Source: a virus
Virus record (IMG/VR): IMGVR_UViG_3300021138_000007
Location: 1-64,000 of that record
DNA: 64,000 nucleotides
Direction: 5' to 3' (one strand)
Position 1 is the first letter of the stretch. The number at the start of each line of letters is the position of its first letter. The notes beneath the pieces were generated by a model that ran no database searches, was not told where the DNA came from, and worked only from the letters and a program-made list of their open reading frames with translations. A program made the position numbers and the translations under genes. Shown one piece after another: positions 8,656 through 18,776 of this stretch.

Positions 8656-10497
8656 TTACTCCTCGATGCGAGGCATCGTGAACATACCACGTAATGCCGA
8701 TTGTAGATCATTCTGCGCATACTGATTGTCATTAACACCAGTGAATGCAGAAATGCCAATGTTGCTTGCAGTTCGCTTATTCATCTTTTCTGCGGCAGCA
8801 GCAGCTACTCTTTGAGCACTGCTCTGTGCGGCTCGAAGCATTAAATGTCCTTGCTGCAACATTGCGTTGTTTGTAAGCCCTTCGCTCAACCAAAGCTCAA
8901 CGTTTTGGTCTACTTCATCGGCAGAAATAATGCCTGCTAGGGCGAGTTTAGTGGAAACTGCATATGCAGTCTTTACACGAGACATTGCAAGATCGAAATC
9001 TTTAGAAGCTTTAGCTTCTTTATCTTTCATTGGCTTAACTTCTGTTAAATCATTATTCTTGTATTTTACAACTTCATCTTCTTTTTCAGAAGCTTCATTA
9101 ACAGTAATGTTAGTACCAGACTGAGCAACTGTTACATTAGCTGCACAAGATGGGCAATAACCCTCTTCTTCACAAGTTTCGCAGATAACTACTCTATTGC
9201 CGCAATCGCTGCAATGAATTAAGTTAGTAGCTACTCTTTCAGGGTTGTTACAGCCCTGGCATTCTACTGTCTTAGCAACAGTTGTTTTTCGAGCTTTAGG
9301 ACCCATTTGTGTAGGAATAGCTTGGTCGCTACCGCGATCAGGATCAGCAGAAGGCACTTGATTGATAGCACCAAAATCCGCTGTATATTGAAGAGTACCG
9401 TCTGGACTACCTTCTAATTTAATTACATTATAAGAATCTTTCAACTGAAGATTTTCAGGATTCATAGTAGGAATACTCTGCTTTTCAAATGTAGGATTAT
9501 CAGCCTTCAAGCTATTGCCTGCGCTATCTTCAAGAGTTAAAACAGGATATTCATCTTCGCCCTTATATTGAGCTTCGCCGTTAAATTGGAATGGTTTAGC
9601 CTTTTCACCGCCATAAGTACCAGAAGAAGTATCTTTACCGAGGCCAATATCCTTTGGCTTAGTACCTTCAGCTTGTGCAAGGCGTAAAATTGCTTCGCGC
9701 TCTGCTTTGCGCTGTGCGAGTGCCTTCTTTGTCATTTTATTCACCTTCGTAGATGCTGTGTGCGGCATGAATGTATCTTCACCTTCCGCGTCGTCTGAGT
9801 CTTCTTCTGACTCTGTGTCTTCGCCTTCTTCATCAGATTCGTCATCGTCTTCAGTATCATCTTCATTAGATTCTTCATTAGATTCTTCATCTTCAGGAGT
9901 GAAAACTTCTTCGGAGTCTTCATCTTCTTCATCAGAAAAAGGTTCGTCGCCGCCTAACAACTCTGTGAGTGCTTTTTCAATTGCTTGCTGTGCTTCTTCA
10001 AGTTTATCAGCGGGAAGTTCGATTTTAATAGTAGCTGTATCGAGGTCGTGATCGCTTACTTCGCCTAATCCTTCATGTTCTTCATCGGTAATATCTGTCG
10101 GTAAATCTAAATCGTTATCTTCTTGATCTCCCATAGCTGTTTCGCCAGGAAGTTTCAAATCGTCATTGGGTTCAACATTTGCGGAGTCATCATCTTTAGG
10201 CTCCATCGGAAGCCCCATCATCTGGGCGACAACTGTGTTGTCCAAACCATAAGAAGAAGCGATATTAGGAAGATATTTTGCGCGAACAGCAGCAGCAACA
10301 ATACGTGCTTCATCTTCGTTTAAAGATGCATGCTTTTTCATATCGTTTACGCAATTTTCCATATCTTCACTATCCGTTTCTTTTAAGGCAGCAAGGCGTA
10401 GAGCCTTGATTTGCTTCTCTTGGAGGGCATTGTCTTTAGTTTTATTCATAGTAGATGCTTCCCCTCTCATGATTTCTAAATTCTTTAAAAACCACAC
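8656..10497 (-). CDS. Probable scaffold/internal head protein with acidic tract and Cys-rich zinc-binding segment (likely start ATG 10449)
   Basis: Between protease and MCP; very D/E-rich middle; four CxxC pairs; helical C-terminus; RBS GAGGGG before MNKTK. Confidence 0.6.
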   Translation of the reverse strand: MWFLKNLEIMRGEASTMNKTKDNALQEKQIKALRLAALKETDSEDMENCVNDMKKHASLNEDEARIVAAAVRAKYLPNIASSYGLDNTVVAQMMGLPMEPKDDDSANVEPNDDLKLPGETAMGDQEDNDLDLPTDITDEEHEGLGEVSDHDLDTATIKIELPADKLEEAQQAIEKALTELLGGDEPFSDEEDEDSEEVFTPEDEESNEESNEDDTEDDDESDEEGEDTESEEDSDDAEGEDTFMPHTASTKVNKMTKKALAQRKAEREAILRLAQAEGTKPKDIGLGKDTSSGTYGGEKAKPFQFNGEAQYKGEDEYPVLTLEDSAGNSLKADNPTFEKQSIPTMNPENLQLKDSYNVIKLEGSPDGTLQYTADFGAINQVPSADPDRGSDQAIPTQMGPKARKTTVAKTVECQGCNNPERVATNLIHCSDCGNRVVICETCEEEGYCPSCAANVTVAQSGTNITVNEASEKEDEVVKYKNNDLTEVKPMKDKEAKASKDFDLAMSRVKTAYAVSTKLALAGIISADEVDQNVELWLSEGLTNNAMLQQGHLMLRAAQSSAQRVAAAAAEKMNKRTASNIGISAFTGVNDNQYAQNDLQSALRGMFTMPRIEE

Positions 10498-10532
10498 TAA
10501 ATAAAGTGTATTTATTTAGTTCTATTAATGTC

Positions 10533-10557
10533 TTCTATAAAAAGTGTGTTTTAACCT
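10533..10557 (-). promoter_or_regulatory. Phage promoter AGGT-N17-AGAA (scaffold-decoration-MCP operon)
   Basis: TGCAGGT taaaacacactttttat AGAA. Confidence 0.75.
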
Positions 10558-10600
10558 GCAAATTTTTGATTTTTTGTAAAATTTCTTAAAAATATTGTTT

Positions 10601-10641
10601 AAATAAAGAAACTCTGGAATATTTCCAGAGTTTCTTTATTT
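10601..10641. terminator. Terminator-like hairpin after the protease gene
   Basis: 19-bp arms AAATAAAGAAACTCTGGAA/TTCCAGAGTTTCTTTATTT with a 3-nt loop. Confidence 0.75.
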
Positions 10642-10647
10642 ATCAAA

Positions 10648-13600
10648 TTACTTGCTTACCATAAAAGTAATGGTTGCGAGTACTTTATCTGGTTGACCTT
10701 TGACAGAACTAATCTTGGTTCGAGACATAGTTCCGCAATCGTAGCAGAGAGTCGTGTTCTTGATCTTTTCTGCTGAACGGTTGCCGCATTTTGGACAAAT
10801 CATACCAACAGGTAATCTCTTTTCAGTATTTCTATCGAAATCTGGCATAGCAGTTCGAATAAATACATCACTGTCTGTCACATAGGAAGATCGGAACATA
10901 ATCACACGCTTAGATGCTGTAGCACCAGGGGCACCACCAGGCATTGGCGGAACACCACCGCCAGCAGGAGCAGGAGCGGGTGCTGTTGCCGCGCCTAAAC
11001 CAGCAGCTTCTTCTCCAGGCATAGCTTCTTCTCCAGGCATAGCTTCTTCAGCGCCTTCGTCCTTAGACTTGCCACCTTCTGTGCTTGGGAATACTTCAAC
11101 GTTTAAGGAGAACTTAAACTGTGCGTTACAAGAATGACATTCACCTTCACCATTTGTTACAGTAACATCATCGCTACCACACTGAGGACAAATGCTTCCC
11201 CAAGGTTTTTGTGTGCCTGGTTCTGGCATAGCATCTGTGTCAGGTTCTTCAGGAGTTTCATTGCCACCAGCGGCTGTAGGAACAGATAATGCACTCATGC
11301 CAAGAGAATCAGCAGGGCTACCACCAGGTCCGCCCATACCAGCCATACCACCAGCATCAAAACCGCCACCAGGAGCGGCAGGTGCGCCAACGTTACCTGG
11401 AACCTGAGCAAAACGATTAAGAATTGCTTTGCGTCGTGCTTTACGCAATTCTTTAGCGGATGCAGACATTACTACTGGAATATTCGCATCATTATCTACT
11501 ACAGACTCTTCTGGCTGTCGTGATTCTTCTAAACTATTTTCCATTCCTTCACCAGGAGCTTCTGTCATAGCAGGAGTTAAATCACCATTACCACTACCGA
11601 CTTCTGCTTTAAATGTTTTAGAAAATCGGGTTGTTACAATTGCTGTAATATCGCCATTCTCAGAAACATTAAGTTCTGTCATAGAAAATGTATTTGGATC
11701 AACTGTGTAACCATTGCTAGAAAGAATTTCAACTGCCTTCTGTCGGAATGCATCTTCAAAATTCTCATCTTTTGGATCAAGTCCACCAAGATCAGATGCT
11801 GTTGCAACAATCTGTAAACGAGTTGATTTTTCATCTGTAACAGTTACAGCGGCCTTCACCATTCGAGTAACAAGTTGTTCAGCAACTTTTGTTTGTTCAG
11901 CGGCTTTTTTAGCAGCTTCTACGATAGCATGGCTAGAATAAGAATAATTCTCTGCATAATCAGCAAGCCATCCTACAATAGATTCGTGTACATCTTTAAC
12001 AGATGCAGTTCGCGTATTGCCATAGAATTCCGCTCTTGCTTTTGCGGTTAATCTTGCTTCAATAGCTGATGCTGTTCGTGCTTCTTCAACTTCGGAAAGA
12101 AGAACATCTGCATCTGTATTTGCAATTTCTGCAACAACTTCAACAGGAAGTGCCGCAAGTTTTTGTGCAGTCATAGCCATTGCAGACAATGCTGCGCGAA
12201 CATGTGCAGGAGTAACAAACTTAGAATTCTCATCTTGCGCTTGAGAATTTAAAGCTGCTCTTAATCTATCGGCATAACTTACATTTTTACGAGTTGTTGA
12301 TGGTTCGATAACAACGTTATCTCCCAATATGGACTGTGCAATTCGAGTAATGCTCTTGTTAGTTGTGGATGCTTCGCTAGATGCAATTACTAATGCACTT
12401 GCTAAAGCAGCAGGAGTAATGTTAGAATTAACTTCCTGGCCCAATTGTTGCATAATTGCAAGATCAATAGAAACATCTGCACTTGCTAACTTATGGAATG
12501 CATTACGAGCAGCAATTCGCTGTCGATATTCATTGCCCAAAGAAGCGATTTTGATAAGATCAGCGAGATCATCTCTTTCAGCGAAAGTTCTTGCAGAAGC
12601 AACAACTTCATCAGGAGTTACTTTGCTTGCAACAACTGCTCGTCCAAGAGCATTAAGTGCCGCTTCCATAACGAGATTAGGAGCGCCAGGACCGTAATCA
12701 TGTCGAACAGCATCAAGTTGAAGTTCCATAACTTCTTTTGGATTACCATGTCGTGCATCATCAAGTAACTTTTCTTTAACATCATCATCAGTGCCACGAT
12801 GACCGTATAATTCGACATCAGAAAGTTTCTTTTCTTGATTCTCAACAGTGGTGCCTTTATGAGTGGATTTAAGTAATTCTTCTTTTACTTTACCAATAGA
12901 AGTATCGTTATGATGCTTATAATCGCCTGCATTATCAAGCAATTTTTCTTTAACTTCTATTTTCGTGCCTTCTCGTTCTGGGGCTAACTGTTTTTCTTGA
13001 ACAGTATCTACTTCATGATTTTGATCCCACTCTGCATAAACGGATCGTCCTTCTTTCTTAGCGGCAGAAACATGCTTGCCAAGATCAGAAAGCAATTGCG
13101 CAGCTACTTCATGTCCGCTGCCATTTTCCATTAATGTGAGTTGATTATCGGACAAAATAGGGTTCCAATCAACTAATTGATTATTGTTGTATCCTCGAAT
13201 GCCGCCATCTACTGTGCTGATTACGACGCGATTGCCTGAATTATCTTCAACTTTAAAGTCTATAGATACAGATGCTGCGCGTTGCTTTCGTTTTTCAGAT
13301 GCGACCTTTTTAAAGATTAATTTTTCTTCCATTATTTCATTTCCTCCAGTTTGCTGTTGTTTTTCAACTTGCATACTGTATTTTTTAGGCTGCGAATTTT
13401 CCGCGCTTCGCGTAGTGCTAATAGCGGACATACCAATGCTTTCTGCTAAAGCAGATAATGATTCTCCTAATACTGCAATTTTTGTTTTTCCGTCCATTTT
13501 ATTTGTTTGAGAATCTGATGTTTTTGATGCATAAACTTCTCGTTTATTTTTATCAGCAGAAGCCCAAACCAAATTCGCTTTAGGTGTTTCGCTTGCAAAA

Positions 13601-15003
13601 ACTCCTCCTCCAACGCCTGGGGCATTAAAGTTAAATGGAGACATCATTTGTCCAACTGAGCCAGTTGGAGAATAATTTTGCGGGGCAGTTTGTGGTGCTG
13701 GTGGTGCATTAAGGGGAGGATTTGCTTGTGCTCCGCCTTGCATATTTCCTTGATTTAATGGTGCATTGTTACCATTTTGAGGTTGTGGTGCTGCTTGACC
13801 TCCGCCAGTTACACCATCATCAATCATATCTTGCATTGTTGCCTGAAGATCAGCCATGCTCTTTGTAATTTTTCCAACGTGTGTTAAATCCACGTTATCT
13901 TTTCTAGCAAAAAGATTCATAACTGTTACTTCAAGGAAGTTTAATGCAAGGTTTAACATATCTAAAATATTCAATCCTGATTTAGGATCAATACCAAGAT
14001 AATGTAGAATGCTTGATACTGTTGTATTAGCATTTGCTCCATCAACTGATAATACTTGTCCTCCTACTAACGTACCAGCAGATTGTGCTAATCGCATAAG
14101 AGTATGAGTAGTTGATGTAACTTGTCTCAAACAATTTTCATAATTTTGTTTTGCTTCTCTTTCATTTGGCAATTGAGAAGCCGCCACCATTATAGAGGTA
14201 TTTAATGCATTAGCTTTCTTTTCAAGAGTCACAACTTTTTCAAGAATTTCTTCTACATCGTAAATTTCTTGAATTTCGCAAGCATCAAATGCTCCATTAC
14301 CCACGACACTAAGTTCGATGAATTTTAAGTCATGATTCTTTTCATAAATCAATTCACCGCTAGGGTCTTTTTTGCCTTTATATTTTCTAAGACAATTACA
14401 GTATTCTTTTTCTGTTGCAGCTACATTGCCACATTTAGAACAAGTACCGCTTTGAACTTCACAGCCCATTGAAACGTCGTGCATATATCCTGCACGAATT
14501 CCTTGAGCGATATCTGGGTATGCTTCTTCATCTACGAAGAAAGTACAATAGACACAATTGTCTTCTTCGTCCCATTCTGCATACACCACCATACCTTTAG
14601 CTTGTTCAATATCATCATTTTTATGGTTTGTGTAAATAGGAACTCCTTCAAAGGTTTTATATGCAGGAATTTTATCTCCTTTATATGTTACCTTTTTAAG
14701 TAGTTCAGCTTTTGAGAAATAATCACCGTTGGCGTTTACTGTATCAGCATCAATAGCTCGTGCTCTCACCCATAAAAGTTTGAGATTCTTTCGCTCTCGC
14801 ATAGCTTGAACAATATCAAAATCTTTATATTTCTCCAGAACTTCTTCTGCATCAGTATAAAGAGATTGCAATCCTGTACGTGCGGCTTCACGCATCTGGG
14901 ATGACGCCATTCGCAAACTATAATCTCCTGCGATTTTGCGATCTTCTAAGAGCACAAATTCTCGCATAGAAATTAGTCCACCTGATGGGCCACGTTTTAT
15001 CAT
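10648..15003 (-). CDS. Prohead (capsid maturation) protease fused to long scaffold-like and zinc-ribbon regions
   Basis: N-terminal NANGDYF...PIYTNH...AKG...VSMGC(CxxC)...FIELSVV, typical of HK97/assemblin-fold phage proteases; followed by G/P/A linkers, ExxL repeats and C-terminal CxxC ribbons; sits between portal and MCP. Confidence 0.8.
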   Translation of the reverse strand: MIKRGPSGGLISMREFVLLEDRKIAGDYSLRMASSQMREAARTGLQSLYTDAEEVLEKYKDFDIVQAMRERKNLKLLWVRARAIDADTVNANGDYFSKAELLKKVTYKGDKIPAYKTFEGVPIYTNHKNDDIEQAKGMVVYAEWDEEDNCVYCTFFVDEEAYPDIAQGIRAGYMHDVSMGCEVQSGTCSKCGNVAATEKEYCNCLRKYKGKKDPSGELIYEKNHDLKFIELSVVGNGAFDACEIQEIYDVEEILEKVVTLEKKANALNTSIMVAASQLPNEREAKQNYENCLRQVTSTTHTLMRLAQSAGTLVGGQVLSVDGANANTTVSSILHYLGIDPKSGLNILDMLNLALNFLEVTVMNLFARKDNVDLTHVGKITKSMADLQATMQDMIDDGVTGGGQAAPQPQNGNNAPLNQGNMQGGAQANPPLNAPPAPQTAPQNYSPTGSVGQMMSPFNFNAPGVGGGVFASETPKANLVWASADKNKREVYASKTSDSQTNKMDGKTKIAVLGESLSALAESIGMSAISTTRSAENSQPKKYSMQVEKQQQTGGNEIMEEKLIFKKVASEKRKQRAASVSIDFKVEDNSGNRVVISTVDGGIRGYNNNQLVDWNPILSDNQLTLMENGSGHEVAAQLLSDLGKHVSAAKKEGRSVYAEWDQNHEVDTVQEKQLAPEREGTKIEVKEKLLDNAGDYKHHNDTSIGKVKEELLKSTHKGTTVENQEKKLSDVELYGHRGTDDDVKEKLLDDARHGNPKEVMELQLDAVRHDYGPGAPNLVMEAALNALGRAVVASKVTPDEVVASARTFAERDDLADLIKIASLGNEYRQRIAARNAFHKLASADVSIDLAIMQQLGQEVNSNITPAALASALVIASSEASTTNKSITRIAQSILGDNVVIEPSTTRKNVSYADRLRAALNSQAQDENSKFVTPAHVRAALSAMAMTAQKLAALPVEVVAEIANTDADVLLSEVEEARTASAIEARLTAKARAEFYGNTRTASVKDVHESIVGWLADYAENYSYSSHAIVEAAKKAAEQTKVAEQLVTRMVKAAVTVTDEKSTRLQIVATASDLGGLDPKDENFEDAFRQKAVEILSSNGYTVDPNTFSMTELNVSENGDITAIVTTRFSKTFKAEVGSGNGDLTPAMTEAPGEGMENSLEESRQPEESVVDNDANIPVVMSASAKELRKARRKAILNRFAQVPGNVGAPAAPGGGFDAGGMAGMGGPGGSPADSLGMSALSVPTAAGGNETPEEPDTDAMPEPGTQKPWGSICPQCGSDDVTVTNGEGECHSCNAQFKFSLNVEVFPSTEGGKSKDEGAEEAMPGEEAMPGEEAAGLGAATAPAPAPAGGGVPPMPGGAPGATASKRVIMFRSSYVTDSDVFIRTAMPDFDRNTEKRLPVGMICPKCGNRSAEKIKNTTLCYDCGTMSRTKISSVKGQPDKVLATITFMVSK
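11005..11049. repeat. 18-nt tandem repeat (2.5 copies) encoding EEAMPG
   Basis: AGCTTCTTCTCCAGGCAT x2 plus a partial copy. Confidence 0.9.
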
Positions 15004-15079
15004 TTAGGGAATTCTCCTTTCGTGTCTAGTCATTTGCGTATTTTTTGAAAAAGCTAAAAAATTAGCCTATAAAACTCTA

Positions 15080-15104
15080 TACTAGCTTTTTGATACGCAA
15101 ACCT
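15080..15104 (-). promoter_or_regulatory. Phage promoter AGGT-N17-AGTA upstream of the protease
   Basis: ACAAGGT ttgcgtatcaaaaagct AGTA; a weaker second copy AGGC-N17-TGAA lies at 15154-15178. Confidence 0.65.
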
Positions 15105-15184
15105 TGTAATTTTCAAAAAATTTGAATGAATTATTAAAACACTCAATATATTTTTCAAAAATATTCCCCATATGGCCTTTAAAA

Positions 15185-15222
15185 TAAAAAGAAAAGGAAG
15201 AAATTTCTTCCTTTTCTTTTTA
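15185..15222. terminator. Perfect palindrome/terminator at the end of the portal gene
   Basis: TAAAAAGAAAAGGAAGAAA|TTTCTTCCTTTTCTTTTTA with no spacer. Confidence 0.7.
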
Positions 15223-18200
15223 GAGTGTAATAGATTTACCTGAATTATTGGAATTACCTAAAAGTAATTGAATAGTTCTTAGAATTACATTGGCAATTTC
15301 TCTTGGGTGATCGATAATTTCTTGTTCTGTGAATCTAAGAATATGCCATCCTTGGGCAAATAATTCACTGTCTCTTGCTTTATCTTGCGCTATTTTTTCT
15401 GGACTAGCATGAAATGTTTTAGAATCAGCTTCAATACCGATTTTCAATGATGGAATTGCACCATCTAATTGATATTTCATTCCAGGGCCAGCTTGATATT
15501 GAGCGTAAAATGCCCAAGGTATATTCATAGATAAAATAATATCATATAGTTTTTGTTCTAAACTTGTGAACATTCTTGGAGCCGCTTTTTCTTCTTTCTT
15601 TTTAGCTGCATATCTGTGATATTCTTCTGGTTGATTTCTGGAAAATTCATTAATTACAGTTTGATATTCAAACATTGCAGGCCAATTTTGAGGAACACAG
15701 TTTTCTCCACCCAATAATGGAGTAGAGCTAATAATTTCCACCATATGATCTAATTTATCTGGCATTCGCCCAAATATACCTCTTCCAGTTGTTGGTACTT
15801 GAGATTCTAAGAATTCTAAATGAGCTTGTGATTTAATTTGTTTACTAGCGATACGCACATTTATACTTTCTTTTTGTGGGGTAATTCTTTCATCATAAAC
15901 TTGATTTACGATTGCCGCTGCCAATCTGTAATTTTCTTCTGGATTCACAGAAGCCAATGGTCCCATTGGAGGTGCTGGCGCAGGAACTGCACCGCCGCCT
16001 TCAGCACCTGGCATTGTAGGCATTCCTGGTAAACCACCTGAAGGAGACATGCCCATCATACCGCCCATCATACCGCCATAGCCTGCACCACCAGAGAATC
16101 CTGATGATGCATCAATTCCAGAAATAGAAGGACTTGCAATCATATTGGCAGATTGTTCATATCGTAAATATTCAACTTCTTCGTCGTAGTCGTATCCAAA
16201 AGCTTCAATAACTCTACGATTAGAGAACACACCATTTTGATTTCCAGTCACAAGCATTTGTAATTTACCAGTATCATCTCTTAACTGTAAATCATTCCAT
16301 TTAACTGTTGGATAAATATAATCTTCTTGTCCGCGCTCACCTTCAATAACAAAATCATTCCATTTTGCACACTGACGATATAAACATTCTTCAAGCCATT
16401 CAGATAATTCATTTTGCCATGATTTAAGCCTTTCAGCCATAGTTAAAAGGCCAACTTGTGCATTGGAATAACTTGGGCCATCTCCATTAATAATAGCTTT
16501 ATTAAGCATCATACCATCAATCAATTCTTGATCAATAAGTTCATATTCATTTGTTAATTGAAGTACTTTTCCAGAGTTGCCGTGAATTGAAATTTTACCA
16601 TTTCTTCGAGTAATAAGCAATCCTGAATTTACGGTAAAACAATACACAAAATCATTGTAATCTACATGTTTAATATTTCGGCTACGAACGACTCTGCTTT
16701 CTGTTTTTTCAGCCCAATAAACACGATGAATTGGTAAATGATTATCTTGTTTACGGTTATCTTCGGCGTCAAATGTAATCTTTGCATTGAAGCCTAATTT
16801 AACCGCAATTTCTTGCACTGCATTTGCTAATTCAATAGATGTAGTAGTATATCTATATTTTAATCCTTTGCCGCTTGGACGTTCATCTCCATCTCCATCC
16901 ATTAATGCATTAATTAAGATATTTAATTTATCAGATGGTAAATCTAAAATCCAGCGAGGAACATGTTTATGATTTGATAAATGACCAAATTCATTTAACA
17001 TATATTCGGCTAAACAAGTGCTGTGAACATTGTAATGAGTGACTGGTTCATAATTGTTCCATGAAATATCAGAGAACTTTGTTTTTTCACCAAAACAATT
17101 TCTAAGAATATTATGAATTCTTTTTTGAGACTCAGTATTTGCTTTTTGATAAATTGAAACAGTTGAATATCCACAAGAACACTCTGTTTTTTTACGCAGA
17201 CTGCCCTCAGACAAATAATAACCAACAAAAGCAAGAAAATCATCTATATCCACATCTGCTAACATAGGACAAGCTTTTGCATAAGGCATTTCTTCTGGCA
17301 AAATCCCACTCCATGAAACAGTTGACAAGAATTTATCGTGATCAGTTATTTGATCTGCTCTAATTTTTTGCCATTCTGTATTTTCATAATGATTGGTATT
17401 TGAACTCCAAATTCGTTTTTGGACTAACATTTCATGATTTGGCGTAACTAATGTATCATAATGTTTTCCCGTGAAATTAATTAATGGACCAAATTTTCTT
17501 GAATCATATTCGTGAACATGGCGTTCAAGCGGAACATCCCATTGTATTAACCCTGTCTTAACGTCATAAGTCGCAATTAATTCATCGTCTTTAACATCTT
17601 TGAATAATTTAAAGCCTTCTTTTGTAAGAACTTCTGTATCCGAAGAATAGCAGGCTCCGATATAATCAAATTCAAAAGCATGGTGTGTAACTAATGTCAA
17701 TAATGGATCATTAGCAACTGCGGCCAATTCATCTTGAACATTTTGAATATCTTGTTCATTAGCACGTTGATTTTCGCTACCAATTTTTACAATTTTAATA
17801 GGAATAATATGTCTTTCAGCAACAAGCCATTGTGCAGAACGTAATTTATCTTTATATGCCAGAGTCATAAATAAAGGACGAATCATTGACATACCATAAG
17901 GTTGCCAAGGAGCGCCAGCACGTTTAAAATGCCACATACATTCATTTTCTAGTTTAATAGGTTTTCGTTGAAGAATAAGTTTTTTAAGTTTATCTGGAAT
18001 TGCATCATATTGTTCTTTAGGACTTTGTGTTTCAACAACTTTAAATTCTGCTTCAGTAGGCATATATAGGAATGTATCTGGCATACCCATAATTCCTTTA
18101 ATTTTTTCTATAGAATCGGGTGGGAAAATATAGATTGATGACCATGTAGCTCCAGGGTGTTCACATCTTTCTCCTGTTTCCTGATCCTCATTTGTTCCAA

Positions 18201-18744
18201 AACAATGTCTGCAATCAATAGAAGCATGTACAAAACAATCGCCTCGAAGATGATATTCTTGAGAAATTAATGGCAATATAGAACGTATACGTAATTTCTT
18301 ATTTAATTTATCAAAATAATCTTTTACATAAGAAGTTGCGCATTCCAGTTCAAATCCGCTTACAGGAAAATGTGAATAAAAATTAATTCCTGCGGCAATC
18401 TTAGGCTCATTATTAAACCAGTATTCTGCCCACCAATAGACGCCATTTCGGTCATTTGGCACCTGCATTGCTTGATTAGTCAAAGCAGGAGAATAGAAAT
18501 TAGGTCCAGTTGTGACATTTCCCATAGCAGATGTTAATCCGCCATAGCCAGATTGAGCAAAACGCAAACTACTTGCATTGGCTGTAAATGGTTTTTTATT
18601 ATCAAAATATGCTGTTTTTGAAGCTGCATATTTAGGTAAATAATCAGAAGATGCGCCAGAAATCATCTCTCCTGTAACTTGTTGTCCTGCTGTTCTTAAC
18701 ACTGATAACAGTGTTGGTGCTTCTCTAGTTGCCAAAATGTACAC
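15220..18744 (-). CDS. Portal protein with intein and C-terminal DUF559/Vsr-like nuclease domain
   Basis: Portal-like EPKIAAGINFYS, EYHLRGDCF, WHFKR..PWQPYGMSMIRP, GPSYSNAQVGL; C-terminal LEQKL..QY..YQLDGAI..KIGIEADSKTFH..DKARD..GWHILRF. Confidence 0.8.
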   Translation of the reverse strand: MYILATREAPTLLSVLRTAGQQVTGEMISGASSDYLPKYAASKTAYFDNKKPFTANASSLRFAQSGYGGLTSAMGNVTTGPNFYSPALTNQAMQVPNDRNGVYWWAEYWFNNEPKIAAGINFYSHFPVSGFELECATSYVKDYFDKLNKKLRIRSILPLISQEYHLRGDCFVHASIDCRHCFGTNEDQETGERCEHPGATWSSIYIFPPDSIEKIKGIMGMPDTFLYMPTEAEFKVVETQSPKEQYDAIPDKLKKLILQRKPIKLENECMWHFKRAGAPWQPYGMSMIRPLFMTLAYKDKLRSAQWLVAERHIIPIKIVKIGSENQRANEQDIQNVQDELAAVANDPLLTLVTHHAFEFDYIGACYSSDTEVLTKEGFKLFKDVKDDELIATYDVKTGLIQWDVPLERHVHEYDSRKFGPLINFTGKHYDTLVTPNHEMLVQKRIWSSNTNHYENTEWQKIRADQITDHDKFLSTVSWSGILPEEMPYAKACPMLADVDIDDFLAFVGYYLSEGSLRKKTECSCGYSTVSIYQKANTESQKRIHNILRNCFGEKTKFSDISWNNYEPVTHYNVHSTCLAEYMLNEFGHLSNHKHVPRWILDLPSDKLNILINALMDGDGDERPSGKGLKYRYTTTSIELANAVQEIAVKLGFNAKITFDAEDNRKQDNHLPIHRVYWAEKTESRVVRSRNIKHVDYNDFVYCFTVNSGLLITRRNGKISIHGNSGKVLQLTNEYELIDQELIDGMMLNKAIINGDGPSYSNAQVGLLTMAERLKSWQNELSEWLEECLYRQCAKWNDFVIEGERGQEDYIYPTVKWNDLQLRDDTGKLQMLVTGNQNGVFSNRRVIEAFGYDYDEEVEYLRYEQSANMIASPSISGIDASSGFSGGAGYGGMMGGMMGMSPSGGLPGMPTMPGAEGGGAVPAPAPPMGPLASVNPEENYRLAAAIVNQVYDERITPQKESINVRIASKQIKSQAHLEFLESQVPTTGRGIFGRMPDKLDHMVEIISSTPLLGGENCVPQNWPAMFEYQTVINEFSRNQPEEYHRYAAKKKEEKAAPRMFTSLEQKLYDIILSMNIPWAFYAQYQAGPGMKYQLDGAIPSLKIGIEADSKTFHASPEKIAQDKARDSELFAQGWHILRFTEQEIIDHPREIANVILRTIQLLLGNSNNSGKSITL
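16576..17652 (-). mobile_element. Intein (359 aa) with LAGLIDADG endonuclease in the portal
   Basis: YIGA|CYSSDTEVLT ... VTPNH ... VYCFTV ... ISIHGN|SGK; endonuclease motifs FVGYYLSEG and LINALMDGDG. Confidence 0.9.
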
Positions 18745-18776
18745 TTCCTAAAATTATTTGTTTTTATTTATACAAA

